This document shows positions 47,010 through 55,691 of a DNA stretch of 55,691 nucleotides, one piece after another. The position numbers and the translations under genes were made by a program. Below the pieces are notes generated by a model. It worked only from the letters and a program-made list of their open reading frames with translations, ran no database searches and was not told where the DNA came from. Each line of letters opens with the position of its first letter. Within the stretch, counting starts at the first letter, position 1. The stretch is taken from assembly GCA_038208905.1 (NCBI GenBank), contig JBBQYG010000006.1, forward strand, positions 1 to 55,691. Reading direction: 5' to 3'. Origin of the DNA: Candidatus Sumerlaeia bacterium (lineage in GTDB: Bacteria > Sumerlaeota > Sumerlaeia > SLMS01).

Positions 47010-48503
47010 TCAGATTCCCGGCAGGCTGACATCCGCGGCCGGGGGCGGCGGCACCGGGGTCGGCGTCATTCCGCCCCAATAAGTCGGCGATGGCGCCACC
47101 AGCGCCGGGCGCCCATCGGCCCCCATCACGATAATGCCATCCGCAAGGGCCTGCTCGCGCACCGCGGGCCGATCCAGCGCCAGCGCCGCCAGCTTGATCT
47201 CCGCCTCAATCGCCTTCTTCTGAAACTCATCCTCCGGCGTCAGGCCCACCACCATCGCCATGACCACCACGTTCAGGTAGGCCGATACCCTGACTTTGCC
47301 CTCCTGATTCTCGATCTGCGTAATCCGCACGCGGTCCAATTCCAGTGGGCTGGTTCCGTTTGCGACTCGGTACAGGAACGTCATCACCGCCGAATTCGAC
47401 CCAACGAAATCCACCTCGATCGGCGCGCCGGCGGCGTCGAAAACCGCCATCGGCGTCGGCGTGGCGGCGCCCCGCCCGCCCAGGCCAAAGGCGCCCCCTC
47501 CTCCGATGCTGTCGATCATCATTTGCTCGTCCATAAACTCCCCCTGGAATTCCATCGCAACGGGCGCGGGGGTGGCGGCCAATTCCTCCGCCGACTTGGG
47601 GGGCTCCCAAAAGATGGGGGTGGCCGCATGGAGCTTCACGCGCTGGATATCCTCCACGCCGGCCTCCTGCGCCGCGTCCAGGATATCCATCAGGGCCGTC
47701 AACTGCCGCTCCGCAGGGAGGTAGTTGGTGTTCCCCATGAAGTCCTTGGGCCACTCAATTCGGAAGAGCTTGTACATCTCCTCCAGCGACTGCTGTTCCG
47801 ACAAGTTGCGGAAGTAGTTCGCGGGGAGTTTCTTCTTCAACTGGTCGATCCGGTTCAGGGTAAACAGTGACGCCGCCACATCGCCATATTGGTCCCGCAG
47901 GAACGCGCGCTGGTTGATGTCGAGCCCCATGCGCGCCAGAAGGAACTGGTATCCCTGCGCGCGCTGCTGATAGACTGGGGTGGTGGGGTTCAGCGTCGCG
48001 AGCAGCTTGGCCTCGTTGGCCAGCAAGATCATGTCGTCCTCGGGGGCGATCTGGTTGTTGCCATAGATTTGGGGAAGCGTGTCCGTCAGCGCCCAGCCCA
48101 CATTGGTCAGGAACGTCAGCTTGGGCCCCTGGCCCTGGGCCCCCGCGTCGCGGCGGCGCTCCAGCTCGCGCAGAATATCCCACATCGCCTGCTGCTGAAC
48201 CGGCGTGGTCGGGACGCCATCGGGGCCGGGGATGTATCTGGAGGGGAGCCCCACGCGAAGCTGGGCCACCGTCTCCCAGAACTTCTTCTGGTACCGGAAC
48301 GTGTCGTACTCGAACTTGTAGATTTCGTCCGGGTTGGGCGAGACACCCTGCTGGGTATACTTGTCCTTCCACTCGTTATACCGCAGCTTGGCTTCCTCGT
48401 ACTGGCTGGCCCGGCCCTGAAAGATAAACAGGTGCAGGGCGCCAATGGTGCCCAGGGCGAAGATGATGCCACCGGCGATCTTGCCGCTCTTGCGGATTTC
48501 CAT
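47010..48503 (-). CDS. Membrane-anchored hypothetical protein with PilO-like C-terminal region
   Basis: N-terminal TM helix; PIEVDFVGSNSAVMTFLYRV...LELDRVRI resembles the PilO fold; PTP linkers. Confidence 0.55.
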   Translation of the reverse strand: MEIRKSGKIAGGIIFALGTIGALHLFIFQGRASQYEEAKLRYNEWKDKYTQQGVSPNPDEIYKFEYDTFRYQKKFWETVAQLRVGLPSRYIPGPDGVPTTPVQQQAMWDILRELERRRDAGAQGQGPKLTFLTNVGWALTDTLPQIYGNNQIAPEDDMILLANEAKLLATLNPTTPVYQQRAQGYQFLLARMGLDINQRAFLRDQYGDVAASLFTLNRIDQLKKKLPANYFRNLSEQQSLEEMYKLFRIEWPKDFMGNTNYLPAERQLTALMDILDAAQEAGVEDIQRVKLHAATPIFWEPPKSAEELAATPAPVAMEFQGEFMDEQMMIDSIGGGGAFGLGGRGAATPTPMAVFDAAGAPIEVDFVGSNSAVMTFLYRVANGTSPLELDRVRITQIENQEGKVRVSAYLNVVVMAMVVGLTPEDEFQKKAIEAEIKLAALALDRPAVREQALADGIIVMGADGRPALVAPSPTYWGGMTPTPVPPPPAADVSLPGI

Positions 48504-48638
48504 CGGGATCTCTTCCTTCGGCGTAGGGAACCAGAGCGGGGATGGCAACCCCCGCAGACTATCACTCTGACTCTACCCCGATGAGAACCGACCCCTCGCC
48601 GGGGATGTCAAGATGAATGGACCCGGCGGTCGCCCGGC

Positions 48639-49322
48639 CTACCGCCGCCGGAACTTGACGGAAAGCAGGCCATAGCGTTTCGCCGGATCGGCGTGATCGT
48701 AGGGAGTTCCCGGGCGCAGGCTGTCGTACATGCCCTTGTCCTGATAGCGCTCGTACTCCCCCACCTTCGCCAACTCGAACTCCGGCAGGAATCGGTCGCG
48801 GATGTCCCACCCAAACGACTGCGGCTCGTAGGGCGTTGGATCATGGTTTACGTCCGTCAGCAGCAGAAAGTACCCCCCCGGCCTGACGACGCGCTTGATC
48901 TCTGCGATGGTCGCGTCGACGTCCTCCACGTGATCGAGCGAGTTGAACGAGAAGACAAAGTCGAAATGGGCGTCCGCGAAGGGCATCTTCTCCGACGGCG
49001 CGGCGACATAGCGCATCCGATGCTTGTCGGCGCCGATCCTGAGGTACTCCGCCGCCAGCGGGTCCAGCCCCACGCGCTCCGCCGCCATGTCGGCCCACTC
49101 CAGGCTCCCGCGCGGGCCGCAGCCGATGTCCAGCACGCGCTTCCCCGCGAAGTCCCCGGGCGCAAAGCCGAAGTGATCCGTGTGAAACTCGCGATAGTGG
49201 CCGTTGGCCAGCGTCCCCTCGATCGCCAGCCGCCGCTGCCAGTAGGACAGCTCGTGCTCCTCCTTCGTGCGCGGCCCTCCCTTGCCCAGGAGTCGCGCCA
49301 ACGCCGCCCTTAGTCCGCCCAT
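48639..49322 (-). CDS. Class I SAM-dependent methyltransferase
   Basis: VLDIGCGP, MPFADAHFD, NSLDHV, RVVRPGG. Confidence 0.88.
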   Translation of the reverse strand: MGGLRAALARLLGKGGPRTKEEHELSYWQRRLAIEGTLANGHYREFHTDHFGFAPGDFAGKRVLDIGCGPRGSLEWADMAAERVGLDPLAAEYLRIGADKHRMRYVAAPSEKMPFADAHFDFVFSFNSLDHVEDVDATIAEIKRVVRPGGYFLLLTDVNHDPTPYEPQSFGWDIRDRFLPEFELAKVGEYERYQDKGMYDSLRPGTPYDHADPAKRYGLLSVKFRRR

Positions 49323-49519
49323 GCGAATGCCCCACGGAGGTAGTTGATTGCCAATGGGGCAAGTGGCGGGGCGCAACGGGCAAGCGGGAACGCGCCCGGC
49401 GCCAGAAACCCGGCCGGCCACAAGGCCTGCCTGCTTGCGCCCCGGCTGGATTTGGGCATTCCTCCACGTGGAAAAAGTCCGGCCCCCATCGCCCCCCGCA
49501 AAGACACCCCCCGCCACCC

Positions 49520-50941
49520 ATGAAGCACCTACTGCCGGCACTCCTGCTTGCCACCCACCACCTGGCGGGAGCCGCCATTGCCCAGCCCGACGGGGCAGAA
49601 CTCTATGCCCAGTACTGCGCCGGGTGCCACGGGGCCCGGCTGGAGGGAGGAACATCGCCGGGCCTTCTGGCCCCCGCCCTCAAGCACGGCACCGACCGCG
49701 ATTCCATCTATAAAAGCATCGCCGGGGGCTCTCCCGATTTCGGCATGCCCGGCTTTGCAGCCACGATGAACCCGGCGGAGGTCGCCGCCCTGACGGATTA
49801 CGTTCTGGCCCAGCGCGCAGGCAAGGCCCCCAAGCCCGCCCCCACCGCGGCGCCCTGGGCCGGGCGCGGCGGCGACGTGGTGGAGACCCTGGACTACAAG
49901 GTCAACGTGGAGGTCTGGGCAGAAAAGCTGGAAACCCCGTGGGCCATCGACTTTCTGGACGCCGACCGCGCCATCGTCACCGAGAAGTCCGGCCCCGTCC
50001 GCGTGATCACCCGCGGCGCGCCGGGGACGCGCCTTGTCACCGGCACCCCGCCCGTCAACGACGACGGCCAGGGCGGCATGCTGGACGTCGCCGTGGACCC
50101 CGACCACCCCCGCAACGGGTGGGTGTACCTGACCTACACCCACCAACTGGAGAACGGCAACGCCATGACCCGCCTCGTGCGCGGGCGCATCGCCGACTCA
50201 AAGTGGACGGAGGAACAGGTGCTCTTCGAGGCGCCCAACAAGACCTATCTCGGCGCACGCCACCACTATGGCAGCCGCATCACCTTCGACAATGCCGGAA
50301 ACCTGTATTTCGCCATCGGCGACCGCGGCAACGGAGCCGACGCCCAACGCCTCGACCGCCCCAACGGAAAGATCCACCGCATCCGCACCGATGGAACCAT
50401 CCCCGCCGACAATCCCTTCGTGGCGCGCCAGGGCGCCATGCCCAGCATCTACAGCTATGGCCACCGCAATCCCCAGGGCCTGGATAGACATCCCGGGACC
50501 GGCGACATCTGGGACGCCGAACACGGCCCCCGCGGCGGAGACGAACTGAACATCGTCCGCCCCGGAGCCAACTACGGCTGGCCGCTGATCAGCTATGGCA
50601 TCAACTACGACGGCAGCATCCTGACCCGCGACCGCGCCAAGCCCGGCCTGGAGCAGCCCATCTACTTCTGGCGCCCCTCCACGGGGCTCTGCGCCATCAC
50701 GTTCTATCGCGGCGCCGAGTTCCCCTATTGGCGCAACCACCTCCTCGTCGGCGCGCTCGCCGGACAAGACGTCCGCCTCCTCACCATCGCCGACGGCCGG
50801 GTCCTCCACGACGAAGTCATCCTCCGCAACCGAGGCCGCGTCCGCGACGTCGCCAACGGCCCCGACGGAGCAATCTACGTGGTGCTCAACGACCCGGGAA
50901 CGATCCTGAGGCTATCCTCCGCCGGCGAGGCGCTGCGCTAA
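49520..50941 (+). CDS. Cytochrome c - PQQ-dependent sugar dehydrogenase (GSDH/YliI-like) fusion
   Basis: Signal peptide, CAGCH, GQGGMLDV, HYGSRI, YGHRNPQG, EHGPRGGDELN, GRVRDV. Confidence 0.9.
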   Translation: MKHLLPALLLATHHLAGAAIAQPDGAELYAQYCAGCHGARLEGGTSPGLLAPALKHGTDRDSIYKSIAGGSPDFGMPGFAATMNPAEVAALTDYVLAQRAGKAPKPAPTAAPWAGRGGDVVETLDYKVNVEVWAEKLETPWAIDFLDADRAIVTEKSGPVRVITRGAPGTRLVTGTPPVNDDGQGGMLDVAVDPDHPRNGWVYLTYTHQLENGNAMTRLVRGRIADSKWTEEQVLFEAPNKTYLGARHHYGSRITFDNAGNLYFAIGDRGNGADAQRLDRPNGKIHRIRTDGTIPADNPFVARQGAMPSIYSYGHRNPQGLDRHPGTGDIWDAEHGPRGGDELNIVRPGANYGWPLISYGINYDGSILTRDRAKPGLEQPIYFWRPSTGLCAITFYRGAEFPYWRNHLLVGALAGQDVRLLTIADGRVLHDEVILRNRGRVRDVANGPDGAIYVVLNDPGTILRLSSAGEALR

Positions 50942-52485
50942 CCCCTCCGCCCCCCCCGCCGAAGCACCCGCGCGATGTCCACCATCCGCACCATCGCCCC
51001 CCGGCAAGCCGGAATAGCCAGCGCCGCGGCGAAGAAAGCGGGAACACCCACCGCCGCCGAAAGCGCAAGGCCCACAACGGCGGACTCCGGCGCAAGCCAC
51101 CACCGCATCGCGAGAATAGCCCCGAGGACGGCAAGGCCGGGGGGAAGGAATGATGCCACGGGAATCAGCAAGTCACTCAGGCGGACGGGGCCGCTGCGCG
51201 AGGCCATCCAGAACGCAAGTGGCGACCGGATCAGGAGTATCGCGAGGGCCGACGTCAGCGCCACCCCCTCCGCTCCGTATGGCAATCCAGCGCCGATGGC
51301 GCAGATTGCCACGACCCCCGAAAGCAGGCCCAGCGTGAATAGTTCGCCCCCACGACCCTGCGTGACAAAAAGCCAGCCGGTGGTGATGGTAACTGGGTAG
51401 CTGAGTCCTGCGATCGCGAAGTACATGAAGATCGGCGAGGCTTCCTCCCATTGCGGCCCAAGCAGCAGCTCGACGATCCACTCCGAAACCCCTGCCATGA
51501 ACGCGATGAGGGGGTATGCCAGAAACGCGATCTGCTCCTGAAACCGGAGGTACGCCTGCCGGTAGGCGGCGGGCTCGCCCTGAAGCTGGCTCAGCGCCGG
51601 AAGGGCCACGGCGGAAAGGGGCGCGTTGAGCTGGGCGAGGGGCATCAAGAAGAGCTGCTGGGACTTCTGAAACAGACCGACCTGATAAGGATTCCAAGCC
51701 CAGCCGAGCAATACCTTGTCTGCGTTGGCGGCGATGAAGTTGACGAGGTTGAACCCGCTGATCGAACCTCCGAATGCCAGCAGGCTTCGGATTCCAACCC
51801 CGCGCCTTGGCATGCCGGGGACCCAGCCAACCAGCCTCCAGCACGCGCACATGTACAGCATCGCGCCGATGGGGCTCATCCACGCGACGGCCCAGTAGCC
51901 GTAGCCCTGCAAGGCGAGCACGATTCCGCAGGCCAGGGTTAGGATGGAAGATCCGATCTCCGCCGCCGCAAGCGCCGCGAACCGCATCCTCCGCTGGAGG
52001 AGGGCTTGGAATTGAGCGGATGCCCCGCCAAACACAAAGCCGCTCGAAAGCACGATCATGAGCGCGGTGCAGCGCGGCTCCGCATAGAACCACGACGCGA
52101 CCGGCGCGAGAATGATCGTCGCCACCGTGAGGAGCATGCTGGCCGCAATGCTGATCCAGAACATGACGCTGACATGGTCGCGGTTCAAGTCCTCGCGCTG
52201 CACGGTCGCCATCGTCAGGCCCATATCCTTGAACATCCCGATCATTCCGACGACGGGTGCAACCATCGCCACCAGGCCGAAATCGCCCGGTGAGACAAGG
52301 CGCGCAAGGATCACCGTCGCCAAAGTGGTGGTCAGGAACTTGATCACCTGCGACGCGACGGTGACCGCCCCCGAGCGAATGGAACGCTCCTTGAGGCCTG
52401 CACGCAGGTCCGCCGTGGAGAGGAAATCGCCGCCCCCCGGAGCAACGGCGCCGCCGGGGGAGCTGTCGGATTGGTCGTCCTTCAC
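50938..52485 (-). CDS. WzxC-like lipopolysaccharide/EPS flippase
   Basis: LARLVSPGDFGLVAM, DMGL..ATVQ, LLGPQW; many TM helices; GTG start. Confidence 0.88.
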   Translation of the reverse strand: MKDDQSDSSPGGAVAPGGGDFLSTADLRAGLKERSIRSGAVTVASQVIKFLTTTLATVILARLVSPGDFGLVAMVAPVVGMIGMFKDMGLTMATVQREDLNRDHVSVMFWISIAASMLLTVATIILAPVASWFYAEPRCTALMIVLSSGFVFGGASAQFQALLQRRMRFAALAAAEIGSSILTLACGIVLALQGYGYWAVAWMSPIGAMLYMCACWRLVGWVPGMPRRGVGIRSLLAFGGSISGFNLVNFIAANADKVLLGWAWNPYQVGLFQKSQQLFLMPLAQLNAPLSAVALPALSQLQGEPAAYRQAYLRFQEQIAFLAYPLIAFMAGVSEWIVELLLGPQWEEASPIFMYFAIAGLSYPVTITTGWLFVTQGRGGELFTLGLLSGVVAICAIGAGLPYGAEGVALTSALAILLIRSPLAFWMASRSGPVRLSDLLIPVASFLPPGLAVLGAILAMRWWLAPESAVVGLALSAAVGVPAFFAAALAIPACRGAMVRMVDIARVLRRGGRRG

Positions 52486-52546
52486 ATCGCCTCGATTTTC
52501 TCCGGATTCTATTGATGCCAATGGATGAATGTCCGCGCCGTAATCC

Positions 52547-53692
52547 TCAGGCGCGGGGAGCCAAGGGGCCGATCGGCGGAAGGCCGAGGAGGCGCCGCAG
52601 CGAATCCCTTTCCCCCTGCCACGTAAACAGATCGCGAGCGCGCCTCCAACCCGCCGCGCCCAGTGCAAGCCGCTGGTCGTCATGCCGAGCCAGATGAACG
52701 ATGCGCTCCGCCATTGCATCGGCGTCGCCTTCGCGGACAAGGAACCCTGTCCCGCCTTCTTGAACCGCTTCGGGGATTCCCGCATGGAGCGTCGAGACGA
52801 CGGGGAGGCCGCGCGCCATCGCCTCCAGAATTCCCACCGGCAAGCCCTCCGTGTCGCCAGAGACCGGGTCCACGACGCTGTGCTGGAGGAACACGTCGGC
52901 GGATCCCATCAGCTTCATCACATCGGAATGCACCATGGCGCCGTGGAGCCGCACGCGATCCCCGAGTCCCCGTTCCCTCACGAAGCTCGACGCCGCGTCC
53001 AGCAGCGGGCCGGTTCCCACGAAGTCGAGCTGGATCGATGGCACGGCGCGCGACGCTGCTTCGAACGCCGCGAGGGTAACGAGAGGAGCCTTTTTCGGGA
53101 CCATCCTCCCCACCGCCAGGCAACGCAGTCCCGCCGATGCCGGCCTCGTCTCCGGCTCCGCCTCGGGTACCTCCACTCCGTAAGGGACGACGTGTATTTT
53201 CGAACCCGGGATTCCAACATTCTCGAGCAGAGACTTACTATGGGCGCTCATCGAAATCACGCCGTCGGCGTCCGCATAGTCTCGATACTTGCGCACCCAA
53301 CTCGACTCCCGAAGTCTTGCCGAGATATCGATCCCGTGCGCGTGAGGGAAGAAGCGAATGCCACGCCTCTTGGTTGCCAGAAACAGTCCGTGCGATGCGT
53401 CAAGATACTCGCCCAGAATAACGTCCACGCCATGCCCGCCAAGAAACTCCAACACGCCGGAAAGCCCGGGGATTGGATCCAGCCCCATCTTGCGGCGAAC
53501 CAAGTCGCGAATCGGGGGGCGACGCCCGTGCATATAGTAGGTGGGACAACCCGCCTCCCACGCCCTCGGGTCCGTGTTCTCCAGAAACGACACCGCCACG
53601 AGATTTCCCGGACACAGATCGAGGACATGCCGCTTGATGAAGGTCTCCGAAACAGAACCAATCTGCGGCGAGAAGACAGCTAACTTGGACAA
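52547..53692 (-). CDS. GT4 glycosyltransferase (WcaL-like)
   Basis: SETFI, HAHGID, GRMVPKKAP, GDTEGLPVGILEAMA, STLHAGIPE; TTG start with GGAGG. Confidence 0.9.
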   Translation of the reverse strand: MSKLAVFSPQIGSVSETFIKRHVLDLCPGNLVAVSFLENTDPRAWEAGCPTYYMHGRRPPIRDLVRRKMGLDPIPGLSGVLEFLGGHGVDVILGEYLDASHGLFLATKRRGIRFFPHAHGIDISARLRESSWVRKYRDYADADGVISMSAHSKSLLENVGIPGSKIHVVPYGVEVPEAEPETRPASAGLRCLAVGRMVPKKAPLVTLAAFEAASRAVPSIQLDFVGTGPLLDAASSFVRERGLGDRVRLHGAMVHSDVMKLMGSADVFLQHSVVDPVSGDTEGLPVGILEAMARGLPVVSTLHAGIPEAVQEGGTGFLVREGDADAMAERIVHLARHDDQRLALGAAGWRRARDLFTWQGERDSLRRLLGLPPIGPLAPRA

Positions 53693-53797
53693 TTCACTGC
53701 CTCCGGAGGCGCCCCGTCCGGTAGGACGGTACTCGACACGGCACCAAGGGGTCGCGGCGTGACTATACGGGCAACAGGATTTGGAGCCCGCAGCATG

Positions 53798-53856
53798 GGC
53801 GGCACGTACCACCCATCGCCTTTCCGCGCGCGCCGGCGGCCCTATATCAGGGGCCA
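53798..53856 (+). repeat. Direct repeat copy 1 (matches the amtB 3' end and downstream sequence)
   Basis: GGCGGCACGTACCACCCATCGCCTTTCCGCGCGCGCCGGCGGCCCTATATCAGGGGCCA. Confidence 0.8.
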
Positions 53857-54141
53857 ACCCCAAGTTACCCCAGCCGACCAGCCGCAAGCGCCCCCGCGCT
53901 CAGCCGCACCGCCGCCCCCGACCCCAAAGCCACAAGGTGGCCCTTTTTGTCCAGAAACGGGCCAACACTCGCACCCCCTGCTCAATATCGACCACACATA
54001 AATCTCCTTTCCCGGCGCTTTATCTGGAAAGTGGTGGGTTTCGCCCTGATTGAGATTGAGCGTGCATCGAAATCAGGCCACTCCGTGAACTGCGCGGAAC
54101 CACCCGCGCGGGTGGCCCAATTTATCCTGTGGAGTTTCCAG

Positions 54142-55551
54142 ATGGCAGAAAGAACTCTTTTCCGTCGGGCCGCACCGATCGCTGGAATGTTGCTCCTTCC
54201 GGTGATCGCCGCCGCCCAGGACGCTGTGGCGACGGTGACGCCGGAGCAAATCGCCGCGCTGGAGGCGAAGCTGTCCGCGGCCCAGATGGCGGGCGACAAC
54301 GCCTGGGTCATGGCCTCGGCGGCGCTGGTGCTGATGATGACGGCGCCCGGGCTGTTCTTGTTCTACGGCGGGCTCGTCAGGTCCAAGAACGTCCTCTCGG
54401 TCTTCATGCAGTGCTTCTTTCTGATGGCCGCCATCTCGGTGCTGTGGCTGGTGTACGGATACAGCTTTGCGTTCTCCAAGGGATCGCCCTTCATCGGCGG
54501 CACGGAGTACCTCTTCCTCAAGGGCGTCGGGACCGAGCCGAGCGGCTATGCGGCGACGATCCCCCACCTGACGTGGTGTTTCTTTCAGTTGATGTTTGCG
54601 ATCATCACGCCGGCGCTGATGTGCGGCGCCTTTGCGGAACGCTTTCGCTTCCGCGCCTTCGTTCCCTTCATGATCGGCTGGTTCACCATCGTGTACCTTC
54701 CGCTGGCCCACATGGTGTGGGGCGACGGCGGCTATCTGAACGCGTTCCTTGGCGGCGACAACAACGTGGACGCGCTGGACTTTGCCGGCGGCACGGTGGT
54801 GCACATCAGCTCCGGCGTCTCGGCCCTGGTGCTGGCGATCCTGCTGGGCAAGCGTCGGGGATATCCCTCCAGCCAGTTCGCGCCGCATAGCCTGATGTTG
54901 AGCGGCATCGGCGCCGGGCTGCTGTGGGTCGGCTGGTTTGGCTTCAACGCGGGAAGCGCGCTGTCGGCCGGCGGCCTTGCCTCCGCCGCGTTCTTCTCCA
55001 CCCACATGTCGGCCAGCGGCGCCGCGCTCTCCTGGCTGGTCGCCGAGTGGATGTTCCGCGGCAAGCCAAGCTTCCTCGGGGCCATCTCTGGCGCCGTCGC
55101 GGGCCTGGTCGCCGTCACTCCCGCGGCGGGATTCGTGACTCCGGTCTCTGGACTGTTCATCGGCCTCATCGGCGGATTCGTTTGCTTCCTGGCCTGCGTG
55201 AAGCTGAAGGCGGCCTTGGGCTATGACGACGCCCTGGATGTCTTTGGCGTCCATGGCGTGGGCGGCATCACCGGCGCCATCCTCACCGGAGTCTTTGCGG
55301 AAAAGTCGGTCAACGCCGTCTATGGCGACGGGCCCGTGGGCCTGATCGACGGCAACCCGGGCCAAGTTGTGAACCAGGCCATCGCCGTGCTGATCACCGT
55401 GGTCCTGAGCGTGATCGGCACCACCGTGCTCTACTTCATCGTCAACTCGGTTGTCCGCGCCAAGGCCACCGCCGAGGAGCAGGAGACGGGTCTGGACCTG
55501 GTGGATCACGGGGAGTCGGGCTATCACGGAGCCGGCGCCGGCGGCATGTAG
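54142..55551 (+). CDS. amtB: Ammonium transporter
   Basis: ALVLMMTAPGL, FQLMFAIITPAL, DFAGGTVVH, WFGFNAGS, DDALDVFGVHG, GLD..DHGE. Confidence 0.96.
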   Translation: MAERTLFRRAAPIAGMLLLPVIAAAQDAVATVTPEQIAALEAKLSAAQMAGDNAWVMASAALVLMMTAPGLFLFYGGLVRSKNVLSVFMQCFFLMAAISVLWLVYGYSFAFSKGSPFIGGTEYLFLKGVGTEPSGYAATIPHLTWCFFQLMFAIITPALMCGAFAERFRFRAFVPFMIGWFTIVYLPLAHMVWGDGGYLNAFLGGDNNVDALDFAGGTVVHISSGVSALVLAILLGKRRGYPSSQFAPHSLMLSGIGAGLLWVGWFGFNAGSALSAGGLASAAFFSTHMSASGAALSWLVAEWMFRGKPSFLGAISGAVAGLVAVTPAAGFVTPVSGLFIGLIGGFVCFLACVKLKAALGYDDALDVFGVHGVGGITGAILTGVFAEKSVNAVYGDGPVGLIDGNPGQVVNQAIAVLITVVLSVIGTTVLYFIVNSVVRAKATAEEQETGLDLVDHGESGYHGAGAGGM

Positions 55552-55606
55552 CACCCCATCGCCTTTCCGCGCGCGCCGGTGGCCCGATGTCCGGGGCCAC
55601 CGGCGC
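55540..55606 (+). repeat. Direct repeat copy 2, including a terminator-like hairpin after amtB
   Basis: GGCGGCATGTAGCACCCCATCGCCTTTCCGCGCGCGCCGGTGGCCCGATGTCCGGGGCCA; stem GCGCCGGTGGCCC/GGGCCACCGGCGC at 55573-55606. Confidence 0.8.
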
Positions 55607-55691
55607 CGCCCCCCCCCAAATTATACAATCCCAACAAACCCAAAGCCCCCACCTTTAAATTGGACCCGGGCGCAATTACTTACGGCCCGAA

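Noticed and set aside
53860-54141. glnK or an NtrC/sigma54 promoter for amtB
   Set aside because: No PII ORF or convincing -24/-12 motif is seen; glnK may lie beyond the window end.
1-55691. CRISPR array, integron attC array, prophage or integrase
   Set aside because: No regularly spaced repeats, cas genes, recombinase genes or phage genes were seen.

Overview
High-GC bacterial chromosomal window. The left half (about 0.7-26.8 kb) is a tightly coupled Wzx/Wzy-type exopolysaccharide operon with a sigma54 promoter. It opens with a 1580-aa secreted LruC/FN3/FG-GAP/dockerin-like protein. It carries a kinase + nucleotidyltransferase + alkaline-phosphatase-superfamily triad, a Wzc-like protein with a broken Walker A motif, six GT2/GT4 glycosyltransferases, a WecB fusion and a priming transferase. 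It closes with a LuxO-like regulator whose AAA+ domain is degenerate, facing a convergent hybrid kinase (GAF-HK-REC-REC-HPt). The block sits 3' of tRNA-Leu(CAG), with an IS5 remnant at its far end. The right half holds PilZ, OppA, a decayed Panacea-type toxin-antitoxin pair, GT-B/GT-C/GT2 glycosyltransferases, an internally deleted S41 peptidase, tRNA-Ser(TGA), DUF445 and pcrA/uvrD. It also holds a sigma54-driven minor-pilin operon with a large PilX/HpsA-like subunit, dacB, a STAS-TPR protein, a methyltransferase, a cytochrome c-PQQ dehydrogenase, a flippase/GT4 pair and amtB flanked by a ~60-bp direct repeat. All assignments come from motif recognition by eye; no searches were run.
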